Source: a virus. From it: a stretch of 64,000 nt of DNA. The stretch spans positions 201,433 to 265,432 of IMG/VR virus record IMGVR_UViG_3300049436_000052, one strand, 5' to 3'. The notes beneath the pieces are model-generated. The model saw only the letters and a list, made by a program, of their open reading frames with translations. It was not told the DNA's origin and searched no databases. Below, piece by piece: positions 44,736 to 56,266 of the stretch (position 1 is its first letter; each line of letters starts with the position of its first letter). The translations under genes and the position numbers were made by a program.

Positions 44736-45053
44736 ATGAAAACAAAAAAATTATTTATTGTAATTTTTATAATCCTACTATACTCATTATTAGGATTATT
44801 TGGTTGTACAAAACCAGTTAAAGAAACTGTGGAAGATCCAACAGTAACCACTACAGTAAAACTTCAAGAATTGCCAAAAGATACTGTTGTGATTAGTGTT
44901 GATGATGACAAGCTTTATGTTTTTGATAAAGATAATAAAGTTATTTATGTTACAACGGGTGAAAATATAACAGGAAATGGGATGTTAATATTTTTGTTTA
45001 TATTTTTAGTATTCTTTCTTATAATATCAATATTTGCCAACATTAATCAATAA
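44736..45053 (+). CDS. Putative lipoprotein with C-terminal TM segment
   Basis: MKTKK + hydrophobic stretch + LFGC lipobox. Confidence 0.6.
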   Translation: MKTKKLFIVIFIILLYSLLGLFGCTKPVKETVEDPTVTTTVKLQELPKDTVVISVDDDKLYVFDKDNKVIYVTTGENITGNGMLIFLFIFLVFFLIISIFANINQ

Positions 45054-45631
45054 TTAAAAATTTTCGATTATGAAAACATTAAGAAGAGTTAGCACAAGTG
45101 AAAGACTTCCAACTAAAGAAGGGATTTATTTTGTTGTTAAATTAAACGGTATTATAGATACATTAGTTGCAATACCGAAAAATGAAAATAATAGAATTTG
45201 GTGGAAGCAAGATGTAGAATATTGGTATGAAGAAATTGAAAATTTAAATAATTTTGAATTTGTTATTCCACTACTTGAAGAATTAGGTTTTGTAAAAGGC
45301 GCTAAATATGAACATACAACAGGAACATATACATTAGATGGTGATTTATGTAGTGATGAAAATGGTGTATGTGAAACTGGAAGTGGAAATTATTTATGGG
45401 TTTACTTTAAAGGACTGTGTGCCAAATTAGTGAATAACGATTTTTGAACCTAGTAATAAATATTAAAATGAAAACCAATGACATGTTTTGTGAATTGTTT
45501 GATAAAGAATTAAAAACAGTTTGTATTGGAAAAGGATTTATGTGTTTTAATGAAATGCACTTTGAATTGGAGAATGAACTTTATTTAGATCTAGCTAGAT
45601 TTATGAGTAATTTAAATCAAGAAATATTAAT

Positions 45632-45934
45632 ATGAACATAAAAGAACGTTATAAATTAAACAAATCGTTAAAAGTTGGTGATGTTTGCATTTGCCCTTCT
45701 TGTGGAAGTAAATTTATAAAAACTAATTATCAACAAGCTTTCTGCAAAACCAAAAGTAAAACAAAATGCAAGGATAGATACTGGAATACCGTAACACCAA
45801 CTAAAAGAAATAACACAACCAGAATTTCTCCTGCTAATGCTGCGTGGATGAGTAGTAGAGAAAACAGATTTAATCCTGAAGATTATGAACATCCATTTAG
45901 TTGTGAAGGATTAGGACAGTGGATAGATGATTAA
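45632..45934 (+). CDS. Zinc-finger phage protein
   Basis: CPSCGSKF...QAFC...CKD pattern. Confidence 0.65.
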   Translation: MNIKERYKLNKSLKVGDVCICPSCGSKFIKTNYQQAFCKTKSKTKCKDRYWNTVTPTKRNNTTRISPANAAWMSSRENRFNPEDYEHPFSCEGLGQWIDD

Positions 45935-46580
45935 TTTACATACCAAATGAAAAGATTTAAAAAAGTTTTTATTGAATTAAAAATATATGAATAAAAACAT
46001 AAACACAATATTGACACAAAACACTATATTTTTGGTGGATGATTTATATAAATTCACACGTACTAATGTGGGTAATATATTTTTTGATGAAATTATGGAT
46101 GAAATAGATGATTTATATTATTTGTTTTTAGTAAATTCAATAAACGAATAAAATATCATAAAACTTTCATAAAATAAAAATCATGGAAAATTTGTTCAAC
46201 ATAATAATTAATAATTCTAAAGAAATATTTAAACATCAAATAGAATCACATCTTGAAATGTTTAGGAATAATTTGAAATTAATTGAGAAAACTAAAAGAG
46301 AATTATTTGATTCTTTTGAATTTCAGTTATCTCCAATGGAAAATTCTAATATACCAATATTTGATAATTTTCAACTAGAAGATAATAATCCCAAATCATT
46401 AAAAGATGTTCTTGAAAAGTATTGCAAAATAAACGATAGAGGGTATTATGAAAATAATAACGTTTCTTGTTGGTTATTAAAAAATTCATTAAATAATAGT
46501 GATTTGGTGGAAGTTTATCAAGGTAATAATCTTTTAGGGAATTTTACTAATATTAATGATTTGATAAGTTTTTTTGAAAA

Positions 46581-49500
46581 ATGATAAATAACAATATTTA
46601 TAAAAATTTAGATAATGTTTTACAGATAAACATTAATGTATTGGATGAATTAAATTTGGAACTTTATTGTGAACTTATTGATAATTTATATAATACTTCT
46701 GAAGATAGGGAACTTCGTATTGTGTTTAATTTTGTGGTTGAGTAATAAATGGAAAATCAGTTTTACGATAGAATTCAAAAATTTAGTTGGTTGTTTGATT
46801 ATGATATTGATCAGAAAATTTCAATAAATATAAAAAACATAATTTCTATTGAACTTAGATTAGAACTATATAAAGAATTAGGAAATTATTTTAGAATTAT
46901 GTTTAACGAAATAGAATGAATGATAAATTTTTAAATAAGGTTTATAGTGTTGATTGGCATTTAAATTCTGATCTTAATTACCCACTTTCAGGATATTTAC
47001 TTAATTTAGTTTATTCTGAACTTAAATCAGAACTCAATGAAGATTTAAATACTAATATTTATGATATATTTAACGAAATAATTAATTAAAAATAGGAGAT
47101 AAAAAAAAATGACTTATAATGTAAGCGGTAAAGCAAATTGGACTATTCAAGACACTCCAAAAACAAAAAAAACCAAAGTAGAAGACAAGGTAGAAGAAAA
47201 AACAAATGTGGATTACAAGCCATTTGATAAAGATTCTTTTGATAGATTGTTATCAAATGCTAAAATAGAATATGATCTAACACACTCAAAGAATTTGGGC
47301 GATATCTTAACACATTTGGAAAGAATTGATAATTTACTTAAAATTTAAAACATTATGAAAATATTATGGTTTCTAATCTTTATAATTATAGAACTAACCG
47401 TTATTTGGTTAATAGGCAGTTTCATTGCGATGGATATAAATCCTTTACATTGGTGGTTATTTACTGAAGCTAGTGGAAGAATTGCATCAGTACTAATTCT
47501 TCTTCTATTAATTGCTGGTAATGTTAAAGCACTAACCGAAGATTATTGAAACAACCATTAATGCTAAATCTTCTGAATTAGATAGAATTAGAGAAAGCAT
47601 AACAGTCGATTTATCTGATATGCTTTCTTATTTTCTTTATTGGAAATATACAGAAATGTTTAGAAATATTTTTAATGAATTCGATGAAATTGAAAATATG
47701 TTTAATATCATTAATATACCAGTTAGTGATATTGAATGTATTTTGGATTAATATATTAGAAAATTTGGTATAACAAAAACAATAAAATTTATGCTTCTAG
47801 GGCTTTTATTTCTATTATTGACATTATATTATATAAGTGTTATTATCGCATTAATAATTGGTGATTATCACTCAAAAAAAGAATTCTACTTTGATCTTAT
47901 TCCATTGTTTGGGTTGGTTCAAATATTTATTTTATTTATGAAAATAATGAAAAAATAATATTAACTTAGAATATGAATAAATTTAATATACAACAGTTTG
48001 ACATTAAAGTACATATTGTCGTTAATTTGTGGTTTAATTTTGACTATGAATTTAAATATAAACTTATATGTGAATTGGAAGATTGTTTAAAAATAACATC
48101 AATGGCGGAGCTTGCAAATCTTGGTAATGAAATTTCAAGAAAATATTAGAATGAATAAAATTTTTGATATAAATTTACATAATAAGATAATTAAAACGTT
48201 TGATTCTATTGAAAATGTAATTGAAAATGATTTTAACTATATCCTATGTGATGAATTGCGTGAACTCATTAGCATTGATAATCGTTTTGGATTGACTGAA
48301 TTAACAAGATCAATTATTGAATGTTTATAATATTCTTTCATAAAAAAATGTTATGGATAAGAAATTTGATGAAAATTTGCTTAATAATATATTTAATATA
48401 ACCAATTTTATTGAAGAAATTGCTAATAACATTCATACTAGATTACTGTTTAAAATTCGTAATATTTTTATCAATAATAACAATACTATTAAATTGAATG
48501 AATTAATGGGTGCGATTGATGAGAACAATTGATTTAACCAGAAATAATCAAATTCTGATGAATATACGAAACTTTGAAAGAAACTTGAATTCAAAACTAA
48601 ATAAGTTTATTTTTGAATTTGAAAATGACTATATTCGATATGATTTTCTTGTTGAACTCTTTAATATTAATATTGATATTGGTGAAGAATATGACTATAA
48701 TATAATTTGTAATGAATAGTTTCTACAATAAATTACTTAGTAAATTTAGTTATAAATATTATAGTGAATTGTTTGGGATTGATAATCTCAACGACAATTT
48801 GTTTTCATTTCTTCGAAATGAATTAGAAATAAACATGGAACTTTATGAGGAGATCGAAACGTTTAATTATAATGAATAGAAATAGGTTATATGATGATTT
48901 GTATAATTTTGTTAATTATAAATTTGATGATGAAATTTGGGATATTGCTTATCTAAATTTAGAAGATAAATTAAACTTATTTCTTCAAAATGTACTTGAT
49001 ATTAATAAAGAGTTATATAATTTAAATGAAAACTTTATTCTTGATGAATGATCAGTTTTATGATATTTTACTTAATAAATTTAACAAGAAGTTAGATTTT
49101 GAATTTAGCAATAAATTAGATAGAAAACTTAATAATGAATTATATCTTACGATTTGGCATGAATTAGATCTTGATGTTATGTACAATATGTTTAATCAAA
49201 GGACTAATTCTGCTTTTTAAAAAACAACATTAATTGTAATAAAATGAATAAATTACACACACCACTTTATAGTAAATTGATATCATTTAATGATCATAAA
49301 CTTGCTGTAGTGACTAAAGAAATTGATGCTGAGTTGTTTTTAGTTCTTTGGGATTTTTTTGAAATGGATGTTTATCATGATATGTTTACTGGTGATAATA
49401 ATTCAGCATTTGAAATAAAATAAGAAATGGAAAATGATATTAATGTTATTGGTGAGTCTGGACACGACTTTGTAGATAAATTATATAATTATACGAATGG

Positions 49501-50248
49501 TTTAAATTTAAATTCCTTTATTGATTTAAATTTATTTAAACATTTAGATATTTAGATTTTAATTTTGGAAATTTAAGCAATTTTAAAATATTCTCTAATG
49601 AACTTTCTGAACTATATATTGATACAAAAATTTAGTAATTAATTCTATTTATGAAACGTTTCTTAATCGAAAATGTTTATTTAAATCAAATAGATTCTGA
49701 TTTTTATATGGATTTTGAAATGAAATTTTTATTATCTCTTTGGTCAAAAGTTCATGATGAAATAAAATTAGATATATCTAATCAACAATATGAACTTTAT
49801 CTTGAAATTGAAAAAACATACGAAAATGATTAATAACAAAACATCTTTCGAACCTAGAAAACTTGGTAATAATGAAACTGTTAATGAAATCATCCCTATA
49901 CTTAATATGTTGCTTAATCCAAATCTATATCTTGAGTTAACTGGTAATATATATGTTGAGGTTAATATAGAATTAAAAAATTGTATTGATCTTTCATTAC
50001 ATTTATCTCATTAAATTATGATGAATAGAAATAGATTGTATGTTAAGTTATATAATGGATTAAATCTTAATTTTGATGATGAAATTAATCCTAAACTTGA
50101 TAATTTATTTAACACAAATTTATATGTTGAACTAAAACGACTGTTAACTATTAATTTATATGTTGAAGTTAATAGAGAATTAAAAGACTGTATTGATCTT
50201 TCGTTACTTTTTTATGTTTATATACGAACTTTCTTCAAGGATTTATAA
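46581..50248 (+). other. Second micro-ORF cluster (about 16 ORFs, interrupted by 47109-47960)
   Basis: Contiguous 50-75 aa N/L/E/D-rich ORFs, many below the 60-aa track cutoff. Confidence 0.65.
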
Positions 50249-50275
50249 AATTTATTATTACAATTTTTTTTGTTA

Positions 50276-50328
50276 TTAACATTTATTAACTAAATGCCTG
50301 AAACAAAACAATGATATTTTTCGTAGAA
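50276..50328 (+). promoter_or_regulatory. ECF-type phage promoter
   Basis: Motif with CGTAGAA -10. Confidence 0.75.
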
Positions 50329-50874
50329 CTAATATTATAAACAACAAAAATATCTCATGGAAATTATATTTGTCAATAAAAATCCTAATTTTACAATTGT
50401 ATGTGGATTAGATGAAATTATAAACGGTATTGAAATAACTACATTTGATCTTGCAAATAATCACAAAATTCTTAATCTGTTACATTTCATCTCTATGTAT
50501 GCCGAAAATGATGGTTCTGATAAACAGAAAAAATATGCATTTGATTTCTTTTGTTATTATATTTCTGCGTTTGATAGTGATAATAGTAAAAAGAAATTTG
50601 ATATTTTAAGTAAAAACCCAAAACTTCAAATATTATGTTCTGGGGAATTGCTAGGTAATTTGAAATCAAATTTTTAAACTTAATCACATGAAAAAAAATA
50701 CATTATACTATAAAAAAGAAACTGCCCGAAAAATGATGAATTTTCATGGCAAATTGCTTGCTTGGTCATTAGTTATTGCGGTTTTTATAGTAATTATTGC
50801 AACATTAAGTTAAGAATAAAAAGCGTCTATTGAAAATCCTTTAGAATATTATTTTTTAAAGGATTTTTTTTTCA

Positions 50875-50927
50875 TTAACATTATTTAACTAAATTATTGA
50901 AACATTTTATCCGATTTAAACGTATAA
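50875..50927 (+). promoter_or_regulatory. ECF-type phage promoter preceded by terminator hairpin
   Basis: Full motif; AAAATCCTTTA...TAAAGGATTTT upstream. Confidence 0.85.
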
Positions 50928-52020
50928 GAACTATATAAACAATTAAAATAAATAAGTATCATGAAAACATATCCACAATTCCCTGAAGATTGGAAAGATG
51001 CAAAACAAACTCTTTATAGAAATTTTTATTTGAAAAGTAGTGTTGATATTGAAATTCTAAAAGATTTGGTTAAAACTCATATTTCTGATAAGGGCAATAA
51101 TGGTGTTTTACGGGCAAGATTGTTAGGCATTCTCAATTCTTATTTTAGTAGAGCTAATGAACTTTTTTGGACAAAACACTATCATCCATATACATATAAA
51201 CTTATTTTATTTTGGAAACATACTGGAGAATGGTTTGCAAGAACTTTCAATACTTGTAAATTTCGTAATAATGTAGAATTATGTAATATTGCCTCCTCTG
51301 TGGTGGATGAAATCCTTGCTGAAGAAAAAAGTAAATAATAAAATAATAAATATCATGAACCCAAATAAACAAAAATGTCCATTTAAAGATTATGAAATAA
51401 TCAACTCTGAATCTTTTAAATTAAGATATCATTGTGTGGGATATTATGGTTATAGAAAACCAGATGAAATTGCTGAATATCCACACGAAACACATGTTTT
51501 TCAAAGTCATTTTGTAATAAAAATATTCAATTATTGTTTAAACTAATTAAATAAATAAACATCATGGAAACATCAAACAATTGGAAATTTAATATAAAGA
51601 TTAAACATCTTTTTACAAGCAAAACAACGCCTGAAGTAATAATAATCATATGCACTTCTTTAATTCAACAATTAAAATCATTGATTGAAAGTATTGAAAA
51701 ATCAAACATTGTTGAAGACGATAAATATTATTTAACTTCAAATCTTGAAGAGATTAAAGATGGTTTTCAATTTCTTCAAGAACTTGCAGATGGTTCAATT
51801 CCAGAAAATGAATGGGATGATTATTGTTTTGAGGGTGATTTCGAAAGTGAATTTAATGGTAATTTAACAACACTTTATGATCTTGCTGATTGTAAAATAG
51901 AATCAAAATCTGGTGATGATACTATTCAGGAAAAATTTCTTTGGATTGATTAATTAAAATAATTAAAATACATCTATTAAAAAAATCTCTTATAACTTAA
52001 TTTGTAAGGGATTTTTTTCA

Positions 52021-52073
52021 TTAACATTCTTTAACTAAATTATTGAAACAAATTATCTGGTTTGTTCGTATAA
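52021..52073 (+). promoter_or_regulatory. ECF-type phage promoter
   Basis: Full motif, N17. Confidence 0.85.
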
Positions 52074-52103
52074 GAAGTAATATAAACAATTAAAAAATAA
52101 GTT

Positions 52104-52304
52104 ATGGAAACATTTTATTATTCGATAAAAACGGCAAATAAATCTTGGAATGAAACCAAGCAACATGAAATTGAGTTTGATTCGTGGGAAAATTTTGGAA
52201 AGTTCTGTAATGGACTGTCAAAACATTTAAAAAAAGAAATTAGGGGATGCGAAACTTCTGGCTATAATAATCAGGGATCGTATTTTTATAAATTTTGGAC
52301 ATAG
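52104..52304 (+). pseudogene. Hypothetical gene interrupted near its 3' end by the TnpB element
   Basis: Matches paralog 38585..38944 up to GSYFY; continuation NVVTLPKKKINVL resumes at 53627. Confidence 0.75.
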
Positions 52305-53626
52305 TAGTAAAGTTTTTTTGTGAATGTTTCTCAATCAAAATGTAGCTGATTTACAAAAAAACTTGCAAATTGTAAAAGATAGTGTATCTTTACAAAAAAT
52401 TAGACTATTTACCAATAGATGAAAGTAATTCACAAATCATACAAGTTTAATATTGCTCCTGATAATGAGCAAAAAGAGCTCCTTGCAAAACATTTCGGAG
52501 CTTGCAGGTTTGTGTTTAATCGTTACTTGAATAATAGGAAAGAAAATTATTTAAATGATAAAACTTCCTTAAATTATTATGACAATGCTAACGATTTAAC
52601 TAATTTAAAAAAACAAAATGAATTTAATTGGTTAAAGGAAATTAATAGTCAATCATTACAATCTTCTTTAAGAAATTTAGATACTGCATACAATAAGTTT
52701 TTTAGAAAGCAAAGTAAATTTCCAAGATTTAAATCAAAGTATGATAGACAAAGTTTTACTATACCACAATCATTAAATGTTGAAGTAGATATGTTGTTTA
52801 TACCAAAATTTAAAGAAGGTATTAAAATAAATTTACATAGAGAAATTAAAGGTAAAATCTTGTTTGGTACAATATCCAAATCTACAACAGGTAAATATTA
52901 TGTAAGTATAACTTGCGAAATAGAATACACTCCTATTGAAAAAACAAATTCAAAAGTTGGTATTGATACTGGAATTAAGGATTTGGCAATATTATCTAAT
53001 GGTAAAACATATAAAAATATTAAAACACTTAAAACCAATTTAAAGAAAATAAAATATAACCAAAGACAATTATCTAAAAAAGCAAAAGGAAGCAATTCCA
53101 GATTAAGACAAAAATCAAAACTTGCAAAAGTACATGAAAAAGTAACCAATATTAGGAAAGACTATTTGCACAAAGTCACTACAGAAATAATCAAAAACCA
53201 CGATGTGATTTGTATTGAAGATTTAGCCGTAAAAAATATGATGAAAAATCATAAATTATCACAAGCATTTTCTGATGTTGCTTTAGGTACTTTTTATACA
53301 ATGTTAGAATATAAAGCTAATTGGAATGATAAGACAGTTGTTAAGATTGACAGATATTTTCCAAGTAGCAAAACCTGTAATGTTTGTAATTACATTAACC
53401 AGGATTTAACATTAGATATTAGGGAATGGACTTGTCCAGATTGTAATACAGTACATGATAGGGATTACAATGCAAGTTTAAATATATTAAAACAAGGATT
53501 AAATATATTATCTGGTTCAGGAATTGAGTCGGATATAAAACAAAAACGTAGTGAGGCGTTGCCATTAGGTGAGTCTATGACCTACGAAACCCAACCTATT
53601 GCTATTAGCGTAGGTGAGTAGTTCAC
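52290..53626 (+). mobile_element. Non-autonomous IS200/IS605-family (IS1341-type, tnpB-only) element
   Basis: Inserted after TTTAT, ends TTCAC, no target duplication, left-end hairpin AAGTTTTTTTGTGAAT/ATTTACAAAAAAACTT. Confidence 0.85.
52419..53621 (+). CDS. tnpB: RNA-guided endonuclease TnpB
   Basis: HTH N-terminus (FGACRFVFN), RuvC GIDTG, IEDL and DRDYNAS, zinc finger CNVC/CPDC. Confidence 0.95.
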   Translation: MKVIHKSYKFNIAPDNEQKELLAKHFGACRFVFNRYLNNRKENYLNDKTSLNYYDNANDLTNLKKQNEFNWLKEINSQSLQSSLRNLDTAYNKFFRKQSKFPRFKSKYDRQSFTIPQSLNVEVDMLFIPKFKEGIKINLHREIKGKILFGTISKSTTGKYYVSITCEIEYTPIEKTNSKVGIDTGIKDLAILSNGKTYKNIKTLKTNLKKIKYNQRQLSKKAKGSNSRLRQKSKLAKVHEKVTNIRKDYLHKVTTEIIKNHDVICIEDLAVKNMMKNHKLSQAFSDVALGTFYTMLEYKANWNDKTVVKIDRYFPSSKTCNVCNYINQDLTLDIREWTCPDCNTVHDRDYNASLNILKQGLNILSGSGIESDIKQKRSEALPLGESMTYETQPIAISVGE

Positions 53627-53654
53627 AATGTGGTTACTTTGCCAAAGAAAAAAA

Positions 53655-53707
53655 TTAACGTTCTTTAACTATAATAACGAAACATTTTTAATTAATTTTA
53701 CGTATAA
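53655..53707 (+). promoter_or_regulatory. ECF-type phage promoter
   Basis: Full motif, N17. Confidence 0.85.
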
Positions 53708-53714
53708 GTATATA

Positions 53715-53907
53715 CCCACTGCCTAAAAAGTAGATAAGCGAAACTTATTAAAGATATTTTAGGATGGTATAAAGAAAGTCCAATTCTTTCCTGTGGGTCG
53801 AATGCCGTTCGAATCGGCTCGTTGATTGAGGTTAGGTAAGTGACAAGGTTTAATTCCTTGCAAATTAGTTGATACTACAAACAATCTGGCAGCTTGGAAA
53901 GACAAGC
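53715..53907 (+). ncRNA. Putative structured RNA / 5' leader
   Basis: CCCAC/GTGGG multibranch domain, two T-arm-like hairpins, GCTTG-GAAAGA-CAAGC hairpin; starts right after promoter. Confidence 0.6.
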
Positions 53908-54516
53908 AAATTTTTTAAAATAAATTTAATTAACATTATAATGGAATTATTCACAGAAATTGAATTTAAAGTGTCAGAATTTGATAAAATTGATAAGGTT
54001 TTATATTTTTTGACCAATGAAGGTTGGGAAATTATAAATACCAGAGAATTTTCAATTATAAGACCAAACAAACCAAAAGAAATAACAGCAAAAAAATATA
54101 AATTTAGACGCACAATCTAATAATTTTTAGTTACAAAATCATTTTTAAAAAATGCATTATGGAAAATATAAACGTGAATAAAGAAGCTATTCTTAAGCGT
54201 ATTCAAAGACATGAAGAAAATATTAAAACATATATGTTAAAATTAAAAGAAAGTGAAACCGTTCTTGATAGTGAATATTACATTAAATATATTAGGGAAT
54301 TAGAATTAAGAAAAAATGAATTAGGTTTAGTTTTATCAACTTGTTTTGAATAAATTTAATTACCTAAAAACTGACCAAAAAGCTTGTTTTTATGCCGCTA
54401 ATCCTAAGAACGATATTTATTTATGGATTGCACCGAGAAATGTCTTAGATGTCGTTAAAATTGATAATTCAGATGTTCTTTCATAATTGATTGTTTATTG
54501 TTTATAATTGTTTTAA

Positions 54517-54548
54517 AATCCCTGAGATTAAATTTAGTTTCAGGGATT
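54517..54548 (+). terminator. Terminator hairpin, identical 32-bp copy at 57604-57635
   Basis: AATCCCTGAGATTAAATTTAGTTTCAGGGATT twice. Confidence 0.8.
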
Positions 54549-54642
54549 TTTTTTGTTCCACATAAAACATTATGTTAATATTTATTAAAAATTGTTTACT
54601 TTAACATTTATTTTTTAATTTTGCAAAAATAACATAGCTTAT

Positions 54643-55658
54643 ATGTTCGAAAATAGTTTTGATAGTGTGATTAATGATAATCTTAATTGTTCAGATATAG
54701 GTTTTCCGTTTGATTGTAATACTTTTCCATATAATAAACTTTTAAATTTATTATATGATGATATGGATGTAGAATTGAGTCAGCTAAATTTTAATATACT
54801 TATTCATTGTAGTTCTTTTTCTGATTAATTAATAAGATAATATGACAAATTTTGACAATAAACTACACCAATCAATAACATTTCCATATTTTGATTATAA
54901 TATCTTGCTTAATGATCAACTTATTCATTTCTTGTCTAACAATCTTTATATTGAGTTAAATGATTTAAATAATAACATATCTACTATTTTAATATGAAAT
55001 TACCTAATCCAGAATTTAATGAAGATCTTTTTAATAAATTATTTAGGATTTTCAACAATAAATTATTTGAAAATATACGAAATGAATATTTTCAAATCGT
55101 TGAAAGCAAATCAAATATTGAAATACAAACTGAAGTTAGATTTTCATTAGTGAAAGAATTTAAAATTGATCTACTAAACGAAATTTCTAAACTATTGTAA
55201 TTAATTGGTATATTCTTATGAAAATAGATTTTTATAACACAACTCAAGATGATTTTTATAACATAATTCAAGATAATTTGGATGATAATTTTCGTTTAAG
55301 ATTATTGTATGATATTACTGCATTATATTGTCCAAGCATTGGAGGTAACAAATTATCAAAGCCATTACACCGTGAACTTATAAATACATTTGATTTTATT
55401 AGACTTGAAATATCATTTAATAGGTTATTTGATGTTAGTTTTTAATAATAAAATAATATATAAATGAAATCTATTGAAATAATACTTTATGATAAATTAA
55501 ATGGTTTTGATAAAAATTTATGTAATGATCTTATTAATGGTTATGTTTTATCAATTAAAGGTGAATTAAGTAGTGAATTACACAATGAATTTTATTTTGA
55601 AACTAAACAACTTCTATTTTTTGAAACATTATCCCTTTTGAACTTACCAGGAAAATAA
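54643..55658 (+). other. Third micro-ORF cluster (5 ORFs)
   Basis: After TAATTTTG promoter at 54616; same size and composition as other clusters. Confidence 0.65.
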
Positions 55659-55667
55659 TAAATCCTT

Positions 55668-55720
55668 TTAACATTATTTAACTATGTTAAGGAAACATTT
55701 TAAAACGTTTAATCGTATAA
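55668..55720 (+). promoter_or_regulatory. ECF-type phage promoter
   Basis: Full motif. Confidence 0.85.
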
Positions 55721-56213
55721 GAACTATATAAACAATCTAAAACAATAACATTATGAAAGCAAAATCAAAAAAAATTAAATTTTGGAATCTTCCGAAAGAA
55801 ATAAAATTAATTAAATTTCTATTTGATGGTGAAAAAGATAATAAATATTTAGATATTGTGGAATCTTTTTCATGGTCAGCAAAAAAAGAAAAAAAGTATT
55901 ATAAAATCACCAATCAAATTGATGAACTTGAAGTTTTAGGTAATGGCTGGAGAATTTATTGTTGGTATGACATTAGTGGATATGATTATTGGGTAAAACA
56001 ACAAGAAGAACCTAATTACATTGAGGTTACAATAAGTTTCGATAAAAAGTCAATTTTAAAAAGCGAAATCGGAAATATTGAAAATGCCTTAAACGATATT
56101 CTTAATAAATGCAGAGAAATTGAAAATAAATATTTTAGGTAAAAATAATGTTAAGATAGGTAATTCTTTAAATAATGTCCCTTGTATAATAACCATATAA
56201 GGGATTTTTTTAT

Positions 56214-56266
56214 TTAACATTTTTTAACTATTTGTTCGAAACAAAACAATGAGTTTTTACATATAA
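56214..56266 (+). promoter_or_regulatory. ECF-type phage promoter (CATATAA variant)
   Basis: Motif with one -10 mismatch. Confidence 0.7.

Noticed and set aside
4230-53149. Numerous antisense or off-frame ORFs in the track (e.g. 4230, 4999, 14385, 18162, 19305, 20756, 35249, 36593, 52649, 52898)
   Set aside because: They overlap well-supported genes and have shadow-like composition.
53865-53940. Extended 83-aa ORF from TTG 53869 and antisense ORF 53865..54113
   Set aside because: Extension overlaps RNA hairpins; ATG 53941 with an AT-rich leader is the better start; the antisense ORF is a shadow.
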